This document shows, in pieces, positions 52,274-64,000 of a DNA stretch of 64,000 nucleotides (positions within the stretch are counted from its first letter, which is position 1; every line of letters starts with the position of its first letter). Origin of the DNA: Anthoceros angustus. Taxonomy: Eukaryota; Plantae; Anthocerotophyta. The notes under the pieces were generated by a model that saw nothing but the letters and a program-made list of their open reading frames with translations, did not search any database and was not told the origin of the DNA. Made by a program: the position numbers and the translations under genes. The stretch is taken from positions 1,313,962-1,377,961 of the forward strand of contig MU008172.1 in the NCBI GenBank assembly GCA_010909165.1, read 5' to 3'.

Positions 52274-55200
52274 TCAGAAGCAGCTATCCGACAATCGAGC
52301 ACATGACGCCAAAATGGACTGTAAAAACTCCAGCTGATAAGGTTGCAGAGAGGAGCACGCAGGTGTCCGCTGCAGCTGCCTCAACAGATTCAATATCCGA
52401 GCAGCTGTGTCATCAGTGGCAAGCTCTGTGCCTGAACTCAGAATCTGCAATCAGATGAATGCAATGAATACAAGTGACAAAATCACTCAAAAAAAAATTG
52501 CTGTGATATAGAATCAGACCTCGATGAAAACTGACATAATCCTGGGTGTATTGCAACTATTAGGTCCCAGAACCACCAAATCTGACCTGCAACTTTCCCA
52601 CCAGATGAGTAAAACACTGCAGTGTAAATGAGTGCTTGGTCAAACTTATGTCTAAACGAAAATACCTTTCAACCATTGAGCACAGTTGCTCATGCACTAT
52701 CTTTGCCTCTAAAAGGTCTCCTCTCAAGGGGAGGCAGTTGAGCCAGACTGGTACAACCTGTGTAAGAGCAGCACAAGGCACTAAAGATTAAGGATGTGTA
52801 CTAAAGATTAAGAATGTACCCCAAATAGAAAATATGGCTACCTTAGGTTGTTGCACCTTACTCAGGCCGCATCCACATGCATGCCAGAGGAAAGACCTCT
52901 AACCTGGATTGTGTCTATTCCTGCTCTTTGATATTCACAAATCTTCCCAAGAGCAGAAACAGCATTGTCAGTTGCCATAATGTTGTCTTGATGTTGTGCT
53001 GAGGAATCCGTGATCACAGCAGTAAGCCTCTGCAACGCCTCTGAAATGCAGGCAATGTTTAGACACAAACCAACATACTCTGACGATTGCTGGGACCATA
53101 ATTTCAGGCTGAAATGAGAGACATACCAGACACAACAGGCTGAAATGAGTGACCACCAAACTGCGCACACACACCGATGCCATATACTGCTGCCTGTTCA
53201 ATTAATTTAACTTCGTTATTTCAGAACTACACTGCTTAGGACTTAGTATGAGTACAAACAAAAGCAGACACACCTGCCTGACATCAGGATTAATGTCTGT
53301 ACTTGCTTCCAAAAGATAAGGCAGAAACACACCATAATATCTGCAGGCACATATTCTTAGATGGCAGTCAATGGTGGTTTCACCTATGATGTTAAAGAAA
53401 GGACACTTCAGCTTACTTCACAGCTAGGTCGCGTGTTTGCTCTGAAACGTCATCAAATATACAAATGGTTACTCTTCTATCCTCTGGCGAACTGTCTGTT
53501 CTCTGCACATTTCACCAACCACTATGTAAAAATAAGCGACACTTGACACTTGACACTTGACCTGCAATATTAAACTAACTTCACATACATGTGCCCTCAA
53601 GCTCCAATTGATTTGGGATAAAGATGCAGGCAGACTAGCATTCTGTATATCCACAATCAGATTGGGCATTTTCAAACATTCACCTACCAACATTGGAAGG
53701 AGGTATGTCAATAGCTCGTCAAAATAGGGTAGAAAAGCTCCCTTGAACGTTTTGATCAATGTTCCAACGCATTCTCCAACCTGGACCACATCAGAACAGT
53801 GTGTAAATTGCATCCAAAAACTTCGAGACTGCATTGAAATGTTCAGTCAACCCCCAAGGCAAGACTCATCTGTAAAGGACATTGTCTTCCCAACAAGCAT
53901 CTGTAACAGTTGCCTCACAGGAAGAGCGTATACAAAAGTACCTGCTCAAACACTTCCTCTTCCTGTTGATTCTCCTCCTCAAGAAAAACACCTTCTTCAT
54001 CATCAAAATCTTCAGTTTGCTTCCTTTCTGCTCTTCCCTTCTTTCTCAGGTTGCTGGCAATGATAACCTGCTTAAACTCATCGATGATCAATGCAATTTG
54101 TCCCGAGTCAAGCAAGTGTCCTGAGATCTGCGAAAGCAATTGGCATCAGTGAACATGGCATGTTTGAAATCCCTCAAGAACTGATTCAGCTTCCTTCAAA
54201 TCGAAACATGCATGTAGCTTATCAACATCCCCCAGAAAGACAACAACAACTTTCCTCTACAATAGTAGAAGGATCAGCAAATAGTAAACATTCAATAAGT
54301 CATGATCGCACCTGCAAACATTCATTTAGAGACTCCAGCATACTTGCACATAAGTCTATCTCTGGCTCCTGCAGCAGGCAGTGCAGCTATGATAACCATG
54401 TTGTTGAAAACATATTTCGCTTCCGACAAAGATATTACACTGCAAGTCCCAACCTTCCCCCCCAAAACCCCACCTTATGTAGAGCCTCAGTCAGTGGTGA
54501 CACTATATAATCCAACAACTGTTTTACATATGCTTGGTCGCGCCCTTGAGCATGCCCTCTCTCAACAGCCAATTTGCCAGACCGTAGAAGCTCAGGCATC
54601 GCTACAAGGAAAAAACATGACTATCAGGTACACACTTCCACATGCCATATATATAGTGCAAATTTACAAGAGGCTGATATGTGATCATTGCTATCTACAG
54701 AATCAGCTTCAAAATAGATACCTGAAACAGCAGCCCTGCGAACCTCTTCATGAAAATAGAACTTCAAAAGAGGGACAAGGATTGTTGCCACCTGTCAATT
54801 TCATCTCCCTTTCAAAGAGTTACAAATTTATCTGAGCCAAACTTTTCTTCAACCTGTAAACACTGGCAGAGATAGCACAAATCTACCTGTCTAAACCTAC
54901 CTGATCAATCCAGGGATAAAAACCCTCCTTAAGCTCATCTGCATAACAACAAAGCATGTTGCAAGCTGTGGCCTTCTCCTCTAAAACGCTTGTCCGTATA
55001 CCAATTTTCTTGTCACCAACTGTGATGGTCTCCACACTTCACAGCACCCAAGAAAAACAGGATTAAAAAAATTATCCAACTTTTGTGCCATTCATGGGTA
55101 GTAAAGTTCTGCCCAACTTCACCTGCCATCAAATTCTTCACTTTTTCGTCTTACGGATGAAGGAGGGTCAGTGGGGAGGGGATGCCATACCTTCCATTGT

Positions 55201-58163
55201 CAGAGTCATCATCATCATTCTCTGAATCAGCATCCTTGACCATAACATCAGGCTTTAGTTGGGCTGATCGAAGAAGAGGAGGCATGACGACATCCATATA
55301 CGGCAGGAACTCATGTCCTAGGCACTTACACAACCTTGCCCATGCCTGCATAAGAATCCATGCAGAAAACCATTACATAGAGAGGACCACAAGTCGTCCT
55401 GGAAGACAAAACTTAGTCCCAACAGGCAATGATCAAACCTGGAGCATATAGCTTATAGTGGGATCATCGTCATCCATTTGTCTGCCTTGCAGGTTCGTAA
55501 GCACCTCCATGACCTGAATGACCAAAGCATTACATTCATGAACACCTCCTCCAACTAGATATGACAACATTTCAGCTCAGCCACGTGTCCAATAGATTCA
55601 TCACAACATCCAACAAAGGTCTAGTAATGTCAAAGTATGCAGTTTATGACATCTGCCTTACTTGCTTGGCATCATGTCTGAATTTATCTTTGCCAACAGC
55701 CATGCCCACAAGGCTGATGCATTCCATAGACTTGGCTCGCAACATCCGATTGGTGTTATCATTGGCATTCAATAAAATGGCTTTAAGATATGGCATTACA
55801 GTGTCATAATACTTCTCAAAGTATCCCTACAAAAAATACGGAAAAGTAGTCTCACATCATCAAGCATCGAAGTATGGCATACACTAAATCACTAAAAACA
55901 AGGTGATACCTGTGAAGAGTCAGCAACTGAAGCCAGAGCAGTTAGAGCTCCCTCCTGGACCATTTTGTTCCCATTCTGCACATCGCAGAGCCCCGAATCA
56001 GACAACAAAGAAAGGTAGCAAAATCTCCAAACAAGGACAAATATGAGTGCTTAGATGTCTACCTGCAGTAGCACAAGGAGCTTAGAGATCACACTCTCAA
56101 GGTGGGACACCAGAACTTCAGGAGAGCAGCTCTCACTGAAGTTCAGAATAGCAGCTGCTGCATGTGCCTGCACAATGGGAGGGTGTTTGCTCATGAGAAA
56201 TGTCATGAAAAGACAGGACACGACAGGCTGCAGTGCCAACTTTCACAAGCGTAGATCAATTAGGACTACATGCAAAGCCCACTTTTCAGAAAGAAAGTTG
56301 ATCTGACCTGTACTCTTGGATTTTGAAAGTCGTCCATGGCCCCAACTAGGGCAGGAACCACATGCTGATGGTAGCCTTGTTGCAAATCTGGACCCAGATC
56401 CGTTGACAGCTGACCAACAGCATTTATGGCCGCCCACCGCACACGAGGATGGGGGTCTTGAAAGGATGACAATACCATGGCCAACACAGCTTCGAGACTC
56501 TTAATCATTACCTGCATAGGTCACGCAGTCCAGATAACTCAGAGCAAGACTTTGAAGCCATTGCTTCTCTATGTGTTCCTTACAGCATCTCCAATCGTTC
56601 GGAACAGCAATTGCTCCAGGCAACCAAACGCAGTTCAGTATACTTAAATTACTAGCAACCTAAAAGCACTGGAAAGAATCCCTGTAGTTTCCAAACTGGT
56701 TATCAAGCTGGTCAAACGAATCCAAATACTGCAATCAGCAAGTTACAGCATTTCAAGTTGAAGAGACTCTTTCGAGAGGAGGCTTGCACAGCACTGAGAA
56801 GTTTGAGCAATCAATCTTTTGACATATCAAGAGCAGACTCATCATAACACTGCACACAAAAGGAGAGATCACATCTTGCAGCCTCTGCTGTCTGATCCCA
56901 CAGAGTGCTGATTCCTGCATAACAGGAGAATTTCACCTTTGAACAACCTTCAGCAATTTGAGCCAGGGTTATGAGTGCCGCATGCCGCTTCTTCCAATCT
57001 CCATCAGTGATATAAGCGGGGAGCAGCTGCGATGCCACGGGCAAAATGGAATTTCCGCCCATAGAGATCGCCAATCGGTCAAGGGATTCCTGCGCAACTG
57101 CATAGTTGCCTGAGTACCCCGCATCCTCATCTTCGGTATCAGCAGCATGCCAGATGCGATCATCTTCGATATCCAGCAGCATGGTCATTAGAGCAGCAAA
57201 TAGCCTGACAATAAAATGAGGCAGCTTTCTCATCATGCCAGGTGCGCGCTCTCTTGCCTCAGCTAATGTAATAAGAAACTCCACGGCCAAATGCCGAGTG
57301 CCTTCTTCTAACTGGTTCGACTCTGTGACCTGCAACATGCTGGACACAACATTCACAAGCTGTCGGCGAAGGAAACCAGGCTCTGTGCCAGCAACCTCGA
57401 TGAACATTTCGAGAGCGTCTTGAGCAGTTGCCTCCTCGTTGCTGCTGAGTGCTAAGGACAATGCTTGTACCATTCCGGGTACAAGGTCCTGAAAGCGCTC
57501 CAAATCATCCGCGTCTTCTAACGTCTGCACGAAGTTGGTCGTGGCTCGCAAAGCAGCAATACGAACATCGTTCGACGTCGAAGACACCAGACACTGCCGC
57601 AAGACAGCATGCAGCGTGGGTAGGTGAGAGCGCAGCTGGGAGCCCATACACTGGGCAAGCTGTGCGAATATATGCAGGGCACTTCCTTGAAGCCGCTCGG
57701 AGTCCGAACTGACACACTGAAACATAAATGGCAACAATTCCGGCCATAACCCCTCATCCATGATGCCAGCCGCCAGCTCTGCAACCGTATCTCCAAGCTT
57801 CTTTAGTATGCTTTTGTCGTGCTCCTGCTGCACGCAGAGCAGAAGCTGTGATTTAACAGCGCTCTGACTGGCTGAAGTAAGCTGCGACCAAAGACTCACG
57901 TCGTCCTTAGTAATAAGCTTTCTCAGAAGCACGGCGCTCAGAGCACGGACTTCGAGATGCAGCGAGGTCTGCAGAGTGAATACTAACTTGGATACCAGCA
58001 AGTCTGGGTACTTCATTTTGCACATGTTAAAGACGCGCTCAGCCTGTCCCCGCTGCTCGTTGCTAGCAGTCATCAAATGACTAATAAGAGACTCGAAGGG
58101 CTTCGCATCCTCTCCAAATACCAACATCGCCTGAATGTCCTGCTGATCTCCTGCGGCTACCAT
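52274..58163 (-). CDS. IPO5: Importin-5 / importin beta-3 (KETCH1/EMB2734-like karyopherin), 20 exons, 1117 aa
   Basis: Exons, all GT-AG and phase-consistent: 58163-56937, 56511-56308, 56167-56063, 55975-55910, 55826-55662, 55513-55439, 55345-55191, 55036-54901, 54791-54722, 54601-54474, 54368-54312, 54127-53942, 53780-53688, 53502-53417, 53340-53274, 53193-53127, 53040-52904, 52757-52666, 52586-52520, 52444-52274. Total 3354 nt. HEAT motifs include [47 protein letters not shown] and FYFHEEVR. Confidence 0.96.
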
Positions 58164-58228
58164 TTTGACACTCCGGATGGTACGCTGTCACCGCTTCATA
58201 CTTCACAAAATCTTCAATCTAACATACT

Positions 58229-58365
58229 TCGAATGTCTCAACCTGTTTCTCTACACCGCAGCTGTCTTGGTCCGGACTCCGGTTGACATATAAATACCGT
58301 CGAATGTCTAAACCTGTCTCTACACCGCAGCTGTCTTGGTCGGGACTCCGGTTGAGATATAAATT
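58229..58365. repeat. ~70-bp tandem duplication just upstream of the importin ATG
   Basis: tcgaatgtct.aacctgt.tct.ctacaccgcagctgtcttggtc.ggactccggttga.atataaat occurs twice. Confidence 0.9.
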
Positions 58366-58374
58366 CCCTGACAT

Positions 58375-60290
58375 AGAAGAAGAAAGAACAAGAAATTTAT
58401 TTTAAGTCCACTAAGGACGGATTTCCGTTATGGGACTTGGTACTTAACAACTTGTAGCATGGTGTGCCTAAGATACTTGCACCAAGGGCATCCGCTCCCT
58501 TTATGCACCCCATCTAAGTACCCATCTAAGCGCAGGATGTTTAATCACGAAGTTCTTATAAATGTGTGTCCATTTGGCCTAAGCCATTTGGACACACATA
58601 CATAGGTTTAGTAGTACTTCACCCCTCATCTTTACTCCGGCTTGGTCGATGCTTTTTTTAATACGGTACCAAGGGCCAAACTCTTGCAGTCGTTAGACGA
58701 CCTTCCAAACCCTCCGATTGCGGCTAGACAAATTTGAGCCTCAGAAGGTCAAGCCACTCATAGGGCGGGTTGCCATTTGAAGCCCAGGCCGGAGACCAGG
58801 CTCGGGTGATTCGTTGCATCCCATAACCCTGTTCACATATCTCTCTTTTTAACCGTCAATACCCGGGCAAGGTAATAGATTTCCTAAGCGTTTTTGAACC
58901 CTCGGTTATAGAACGCACCATATACCCCTTGTGCACTCATCTCGCATCACCTGCCATTTCTTAAATAAACCTAGCTCGTTCATGGGTTGGTTTCACTACT
59001 GGACAAAGCTTACTGTGCGTGAGACCGTTATCTCGAATTGAATCGAATTGAATTGACACTAGATAGAGAAAATTAGACCCCTGGAGATGTTGTCTTGAAA
59101 AAGAGATGGGGAAATCCATCTAGCCCAAGAGAAGGGGGAACAACCCTTAGGAGGGCACCAGACTAACCCCCGTTGTCGCCAATCTTGTAACTGCCTACCA
59201 TGCCAAGAATATCAAAATCGGGGATACGAAAAGGCCTACCCACCAACGGTGCCGAAGAAGCCGCCTGCCTTGCGCTTGCTGTCGTCCTATACACCGCGTT
59301 GGCCAGTGGCCGCTGCAAGGTGATGGACACCCGTTGCCTGTAGAAAGCCACGATACATAAAAGAGGGAGACTAACCCCATTCCTGCGGCTGTGGTACTCC
59401 CTGACACAGTTCTTCAGGAACCTAGAAAAGGCCTTGCCCATGGCCCCATGGATCTCAATGGCGAGGGGGATGAAGGCGTGCCTCTGCTGCATAGGAGAGT
59501 ACTTACAAACCTTCGCCGTGGCACATCCCTCCGCACCCAAGCCCGGAGGGTTGAGGATCACATGCTCACTAATGAAATCCCAAGTAGGGTCAGTGACAAC
59601 CACATTTGCAATCGAAACCTGGTCCCTCTAGGCCAAAAAAAGGTCCGCCCGGAGGGAAACCCCGTTAAATAGAGTATAAGGGCACTCCCTATAAGGAAAG
59701 AAGCCTTCCTCCTTAGCCAATGAAAACATGGCCTTGTGACAGTCATGCCGAGCAAGGTGGGTCTCACGAGTCGCCGAGGCGCCCATGCAAGCCTAGAAGC
59801 GGACCAGCTGGACCGGGCCAGTGAAACCTTATCACGGTAGAAAAAGAGGCTGGTGCAATTCGGAAAGCATGGATGCAAGGCCAAGCAAAAAGCCATGAAC
59901 CTGCTCTCTTACCTAAGCAAGAGTGTAAACGGGCACGAGCCGCCCTAGGGATGCATGAGTCTCAAAGAAGGGCCACCTGCGCCTAGCGATATTGCTTCTT
60001 TAGGAGGGACGCTTGAAACCCACGGAATCTGACCTCGGTGAGCGAAGCAAAAGAAGGTAGGGCAACCCTAGCCTCTGTGCGTAGGGAGCCTCTAGCCAAA
60101 TGAAGGGACACCTGCAGGGGAAAAACTCCTTCCTCCACTCCCGCAATGAAAGACTCCAAAATGCGAGAATCCCTAATGACAAAGCGAGAGACCAGGATGG
60201 GAGCAGGAGTAACTCCCAAGGGAAGGCCTTGACGAGGCTTCCATAGCCAAAAGACCGATTGCACCAGCCTTGACGGGGAGGGACATGTCC
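58375..60290 (-). mobile_element. 5'-truncated non-LTR retrotransposon with restriction-like endonuclease (CRE/R2-type), TTC-repeat tail
   Basis: RARLHSCLGKRAGSWL..P; RHD..FSLAKE.G..RE..RADL; VVVTDPT..AKVCKY..FIPLAIEIHG..FL..FYRQRVSITLQR (59163-59620). The 3' end is ATCCGTCCTTAGTGGACTTAAAATAAAT followed by a short TTC-rich tail. Confidence 0.85.
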
Positions 60291-60951
60291 CACGAGGTAA
60301 GTACTTGCATTCATATGAGCGCTTCCTCAACGGACAACTAAGCAAACAAATCAAATATGCAAATATAGGTGCAAACTAATAACAATAGGAGGAAGTAGCT
60401 CGCACATTGTGATACAAATACACTTTTCCCACGAGCACAACATACAAATTCCTCACACATTGCTCTCGGAGTCATAGCTTTGGCCTCCTCACAACACTCT
60501 TGCATTGCATATCTAGAGGACAAGCTATGATCTGAGCTTGTTCTCTGTGAAAGGGTCTATATATACTAGCGCTTGGCATCGGTGTATTCCTCATATATCC
60601 TATTGGCATTAGCATATGCCGAAAATATCCTAAGAATACACTATAATATGAAAGGAATATGCTAAAGCATATTACTTGTGCTTATCCACTTAGCTATTGC
60701 TAACCATGTTTAATTAACTCTAATCAATTCTTAATTAACATAAGCGCTTTAAATTAATTAATACTAGTTACTTACTAAAAGATAAATAATTAGATTAATT
60801 AATGCTAATCAAACACTAGACCCAAGTGCAAAGATTTGTATCACACGACATGACAGCTATCGCACGAGGGTAAGTACTTGTTTTCATATGAGCACTTCCT
60901 CAACAAATAACCAAGCAAACAAATCAAATATGCAAATATAGGTGCAAACTA
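60291..60951 (+). repeat. ~90-bp direct repeat pair (60291-60378, 60863-60951)
   Basis: cacgag(g)gtaagtacttg...caaatatgcaaatataggtgcaaacta occurs twice. Confidence 0.8.
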
Positions 60952-60954
60952 TAT

Positions 60955-62513
60955 GACATACATGTAGAAAGAGGTTCTCACGAAACCCCTTTTGCACCAG
61001 ACGTGCCGGACCCCTTTTGCACTTGAAAAAATGCATTATAATCGACCTTTTTGGTTTCTCTGCAAACATGTCACCCGCAACCTTTTGAATAATTGTTTTG
61101 ATACACATTATTTGAGATTGTATATTGCAAGTACGTGGCAAAAACCTAAAGTCCTATTCTCGTTCGGCTTTTTCTTTCAAACTGGACACAAAATTCGTGC
61201 GCAAACTTATGCGCGCACTTACATCTAAATAGTCTCCAACACCTAACAATCATTGCCAGGTGTTGGACGTATACAAACATTTAGAATTTTTAGGGCTTAC
61301 TGTAATTTTGGTGCGCAAACAAGCGCACCAACCTTTCATTCATACCAATCAATCCTAAGACTATACTCTCGCTCTAAGAATTTTACTGGACTTTGTTTCT
61401 TAGATATTGAGACAATAATATCTTCGTTGACCTGATGTTCTTGATCCACGTGCAGTGCGAGGATGAGAGTGGCATGGTCTGCACTTGGAGTTGGGTCCAT
61501 GCCAAACGTCTCAAGATTCAAAAGATGCAAAAGGTTCTCACTAGTACTTCAAAGTTTTAACCACTAGAAAAAAGATGAGAGCTAAGTAAAGATACGAACA
61601 TATCCACATTAGGGAGGTGCACAAAAAAGGTTGAAAACGTCGAAAGGAACCTTTAAAACAACAAAAATATCAAAAAAATACCAAAAAATTCAAAAAATTA
61701 TCAAAATTTTAGGGTAAGTGCACTTGCCTCAAAAATTGGACTTTTCAGGATTTTTAGGGGTCTTTAAATTTTTGCTCTTTTTATTTGGATGCAGAGGGAA
61801 TGCGCTAGGGAGGCGTGAACCATATGGGTTCATGCTCCTGGGCCTTCTTGACCTTGCGGCGCACTTGGGCCTCGCCCTTTGGCCTCCTTGCAGACCTCAC
61901 CTTTCAGTGCGCGCGCAATTTCATCAGTGGGCCCAGCATGTTTGATGATAACCGGTACTAGGTCACCGCTTGAAGAGATGGAAACACCGTAAAGGATAAA
62001 AGGGGATAGGGTGTTCTTTGTCGATTAGGGCATAGGATAGATATATGAGAGCGGTCTAGGTGAACCTCCGATGTCTACTACTAGTTATTTTGTTGAGTTC
62101 GAGATCCTCGCACTCCAAGAGGACATGTTTCATTAGAAGATCATTTTTCGCGTTCTTTGCACAATGCGCCGCACAAGTTTGCGCGATAGCATTGTACCGA
62201 ACTTGCGCCAGCGCGCCTAGGTCTCCTTAATACATCATAGAGAACCACACAAAATGCGTAAGCTACGGGCATGACGGTGGAACAATGAGGTCACCGACCC
62301 TTCATCACGCCGACTAAATCGCCATGAATCATTAGAAGGCGCCTAGCTCGATGTAAATGACTTGACAGAAGTGGCACCGAGGAGAATGCCGTAAACCGAT
62401 GGATGAACACTACAAAAACAACAAAACCAAACCAAGTTGAGTTTCGGCAAATAGGGTTGGGTTTTTACCAAAACCCTTTGACAGAGAAACCCCTTTCTAC
62501 GTACGCCTGTATA
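60955..62513 (+). mobile_element. Dispersed repeat, possibly a TIR-bounded non-autonomous element
   Basis: The internal ~600 bp is homologous to 32400-33000. GTAGAAAG.GGTT.CTC motifs occur in inverted orientation at 60964 and 62484-62500. Confidence 0.4.
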
Positions 62514-63179
62514 ACTAATATGGTTGTGGAAAGTATGTAGAAGTTATGGAACGCCTAATTGCGTGGGCAATAGCAGTAGATTGAATTGCACAATTCATAT
62601 TCTTGCGTCGGAGATGTGGAGGTGTTTAACCCTATCCTCGACTCAAAGAAACACAGCCGAGAAAAATTTAAGGATGTAGTGAAGGGATGTCATCCGACAA
62701 GACCTTATAATGAGTCCCCGACATTTCTTCTTTCTGAATGTTTCCTCTTTATAGTATTGAGCATGCTTTGATGTTTCCCATGCCTTATTACTACCGTTAT
62801 TACCAACCAACATAGGCCGTACCATTTGTAATTTGTACCCTACACAAGTATGGCTACTAGTGACGCAGTGAGCCATGTGTTCAATTGATGGCCCGGCAGC
62901 CCAATTATGCATATGCATGTGTGTGGAAGACCACATGTACACTAACCCTCAAGTGCCGGATGGACGATTTTGTTTTGGGTGTGTTTGTTTGGCAAAGTGC
63001 TTGAGAATCGCTGGGTAAGGTCTTTTATCGGAATGGTCCTTGGCCCTTGGTGATAATAATTTATTTTTTTTTCGGACCTTAGTTTTCGACCCCGGATATG
63101 TAAGTCGGAAATAGAGTCCTTGGGTTTTGTAATTTTAGAAATAAGAAAGTGTCTATATATGTTAGGTGCCCTACATCTT

Positions 63180-64000
63180 GCCATGGCGATCAAGGTGGCC
63201 GGCTCCACCACGGTGGCGAAGGACGTCACGAGTTTACAACCCTAGTGGCGGGCGGGTTGCCGACGGCAGGGCCGAGAGGCAGACCACCCGGCCCCAGCAT
63301 GAGAATTTCGAGCCGGGGCGTCGGGAGTGAGGCGCAGCGCATGCACAGCTCTGGGCCGAGTCTCTGTTGTCGGTGGCGGCGTCGGTCAGTCAGGGCGTGG
63401 CGAGGAAGGAAAACCAAGTGGCGAAGCGAAGGAGGAGGAAAAAGAGCAGCGCCCGGTAGAGGGAGTGGGAGGCGTGCAAGGTGGTGTTCCCTTTTTCGAC
63501 CGTTGCGGTGGGTCGAGTTCTTTTCTAGGAGAAACAAGGAGAAAGGGAGATGGCGCCCATTGAAATCCCCATGCGGTGGCCCAACATGGACCTTTGGAAG
63601 GTGAGGCGGTGCTGGTGGGGGCTGGGGGAATTTATGGAGAAGAAATGGTGTTCTGACGACACATTGGTGCAAGAGTCGTGTGAGAACCAAGTTCGCAGAG
63701 GCGGCGAGAGGATTTGGGGCTCTTTCGGCGTGTATGGCGAAGCATGAGGATGGAAGCTTGGTTGACCCCGGAGAAAGACCCAGTGCGGCTCGAAACTGGA
63801 AGTGAGGGTGAACAATGGATGGGTGACTCGCCAACTCGTGTCTGTGGTGGGATTAGCCAAGTGGATTTTGTGTTTCTGCAGCAGGAGTTGGATCATATGG
63901 CGGACCACTTCACGGTCTTTCTTCATGGTGGTTAAAGGTACACAAATCGATTGAGGCGGATGATCTTTGAAAGAGCACATGAGGGAGGCTTTGCTCTCCC
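63180..64000 (+). mobile_element. GC-rich disrupted ORF, possibly the 5' end/ORF1 of an L1-type LINE running off the window
   Basis: Low-complexity charged N-terminal stretch followed by QVDFVFLQQELDHMADHFTVFLHGG. The resemblance is weak. Confidence 0.25.

Noticed and set aside
54091-54835. Plus-strand ORFs of 139 and 177 aa
   Set aside because: They are antisense shadows of importin exons and introns, with no recognisable motifs.
56811-56936. C-terminal extension of the 450-aa ORF (VKFSCYAG...)
   Set aside because: Intron read-through. The GT donor at 56936-56935 splices in frame to VMIKSLE.
62880-63060. A GPW-containing stretch suggestive of LINE ORF1 DUF4283
   Set aside because: It is a single short motif with in-frame stops, which is insufficient support.

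Overview
Eukaryotic, plant-type window. The evidence is a 20-exon importin-5 gene and a SAUR-like remnant, so an embryophyte, probably non-seed, is inferred. About 85% of it is repeats. Layout: (1) 0.7-11.4 kb, the 3' half of a Tat/Athila-like Gypsy element with internal tandem amplifications, an extra ORF and a 3' LTR; (2) 11.4-27.0 kb, a ~3.7-kb composite macrosatellite; (3) 27.0-32.1 kb, a second, diverged 3' half of the same Gypsy type; (4) 33.4-41.4 kb, a minus-strand Gypsy element; (5) a SAUR remnant; (6) a complete Copia element (LTRs, PBS, PPT, GTTTA TSD) nested in an older Copia; (7) an intact importin-5 gene (52274-58163, minus, 1117 aa); (8) a 5'-truncated CRE/R2-like RLE non-LTR element just upstream of it. 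The main result is element (4). Read across frameshifts, its pol carries a complete, canonically ordered DNMT3-like cytosine-5 DNA methyltransferase domain between protease and RT, and a PHD finger after the integrase. Second, the CRE element's 3' terminus and (TTC)n tail recur in every full macrosatellite unit. All domain calls come from manual translation and motif recognition; no searches were run. No rRNA, tRNA or CRISPR array was seen.
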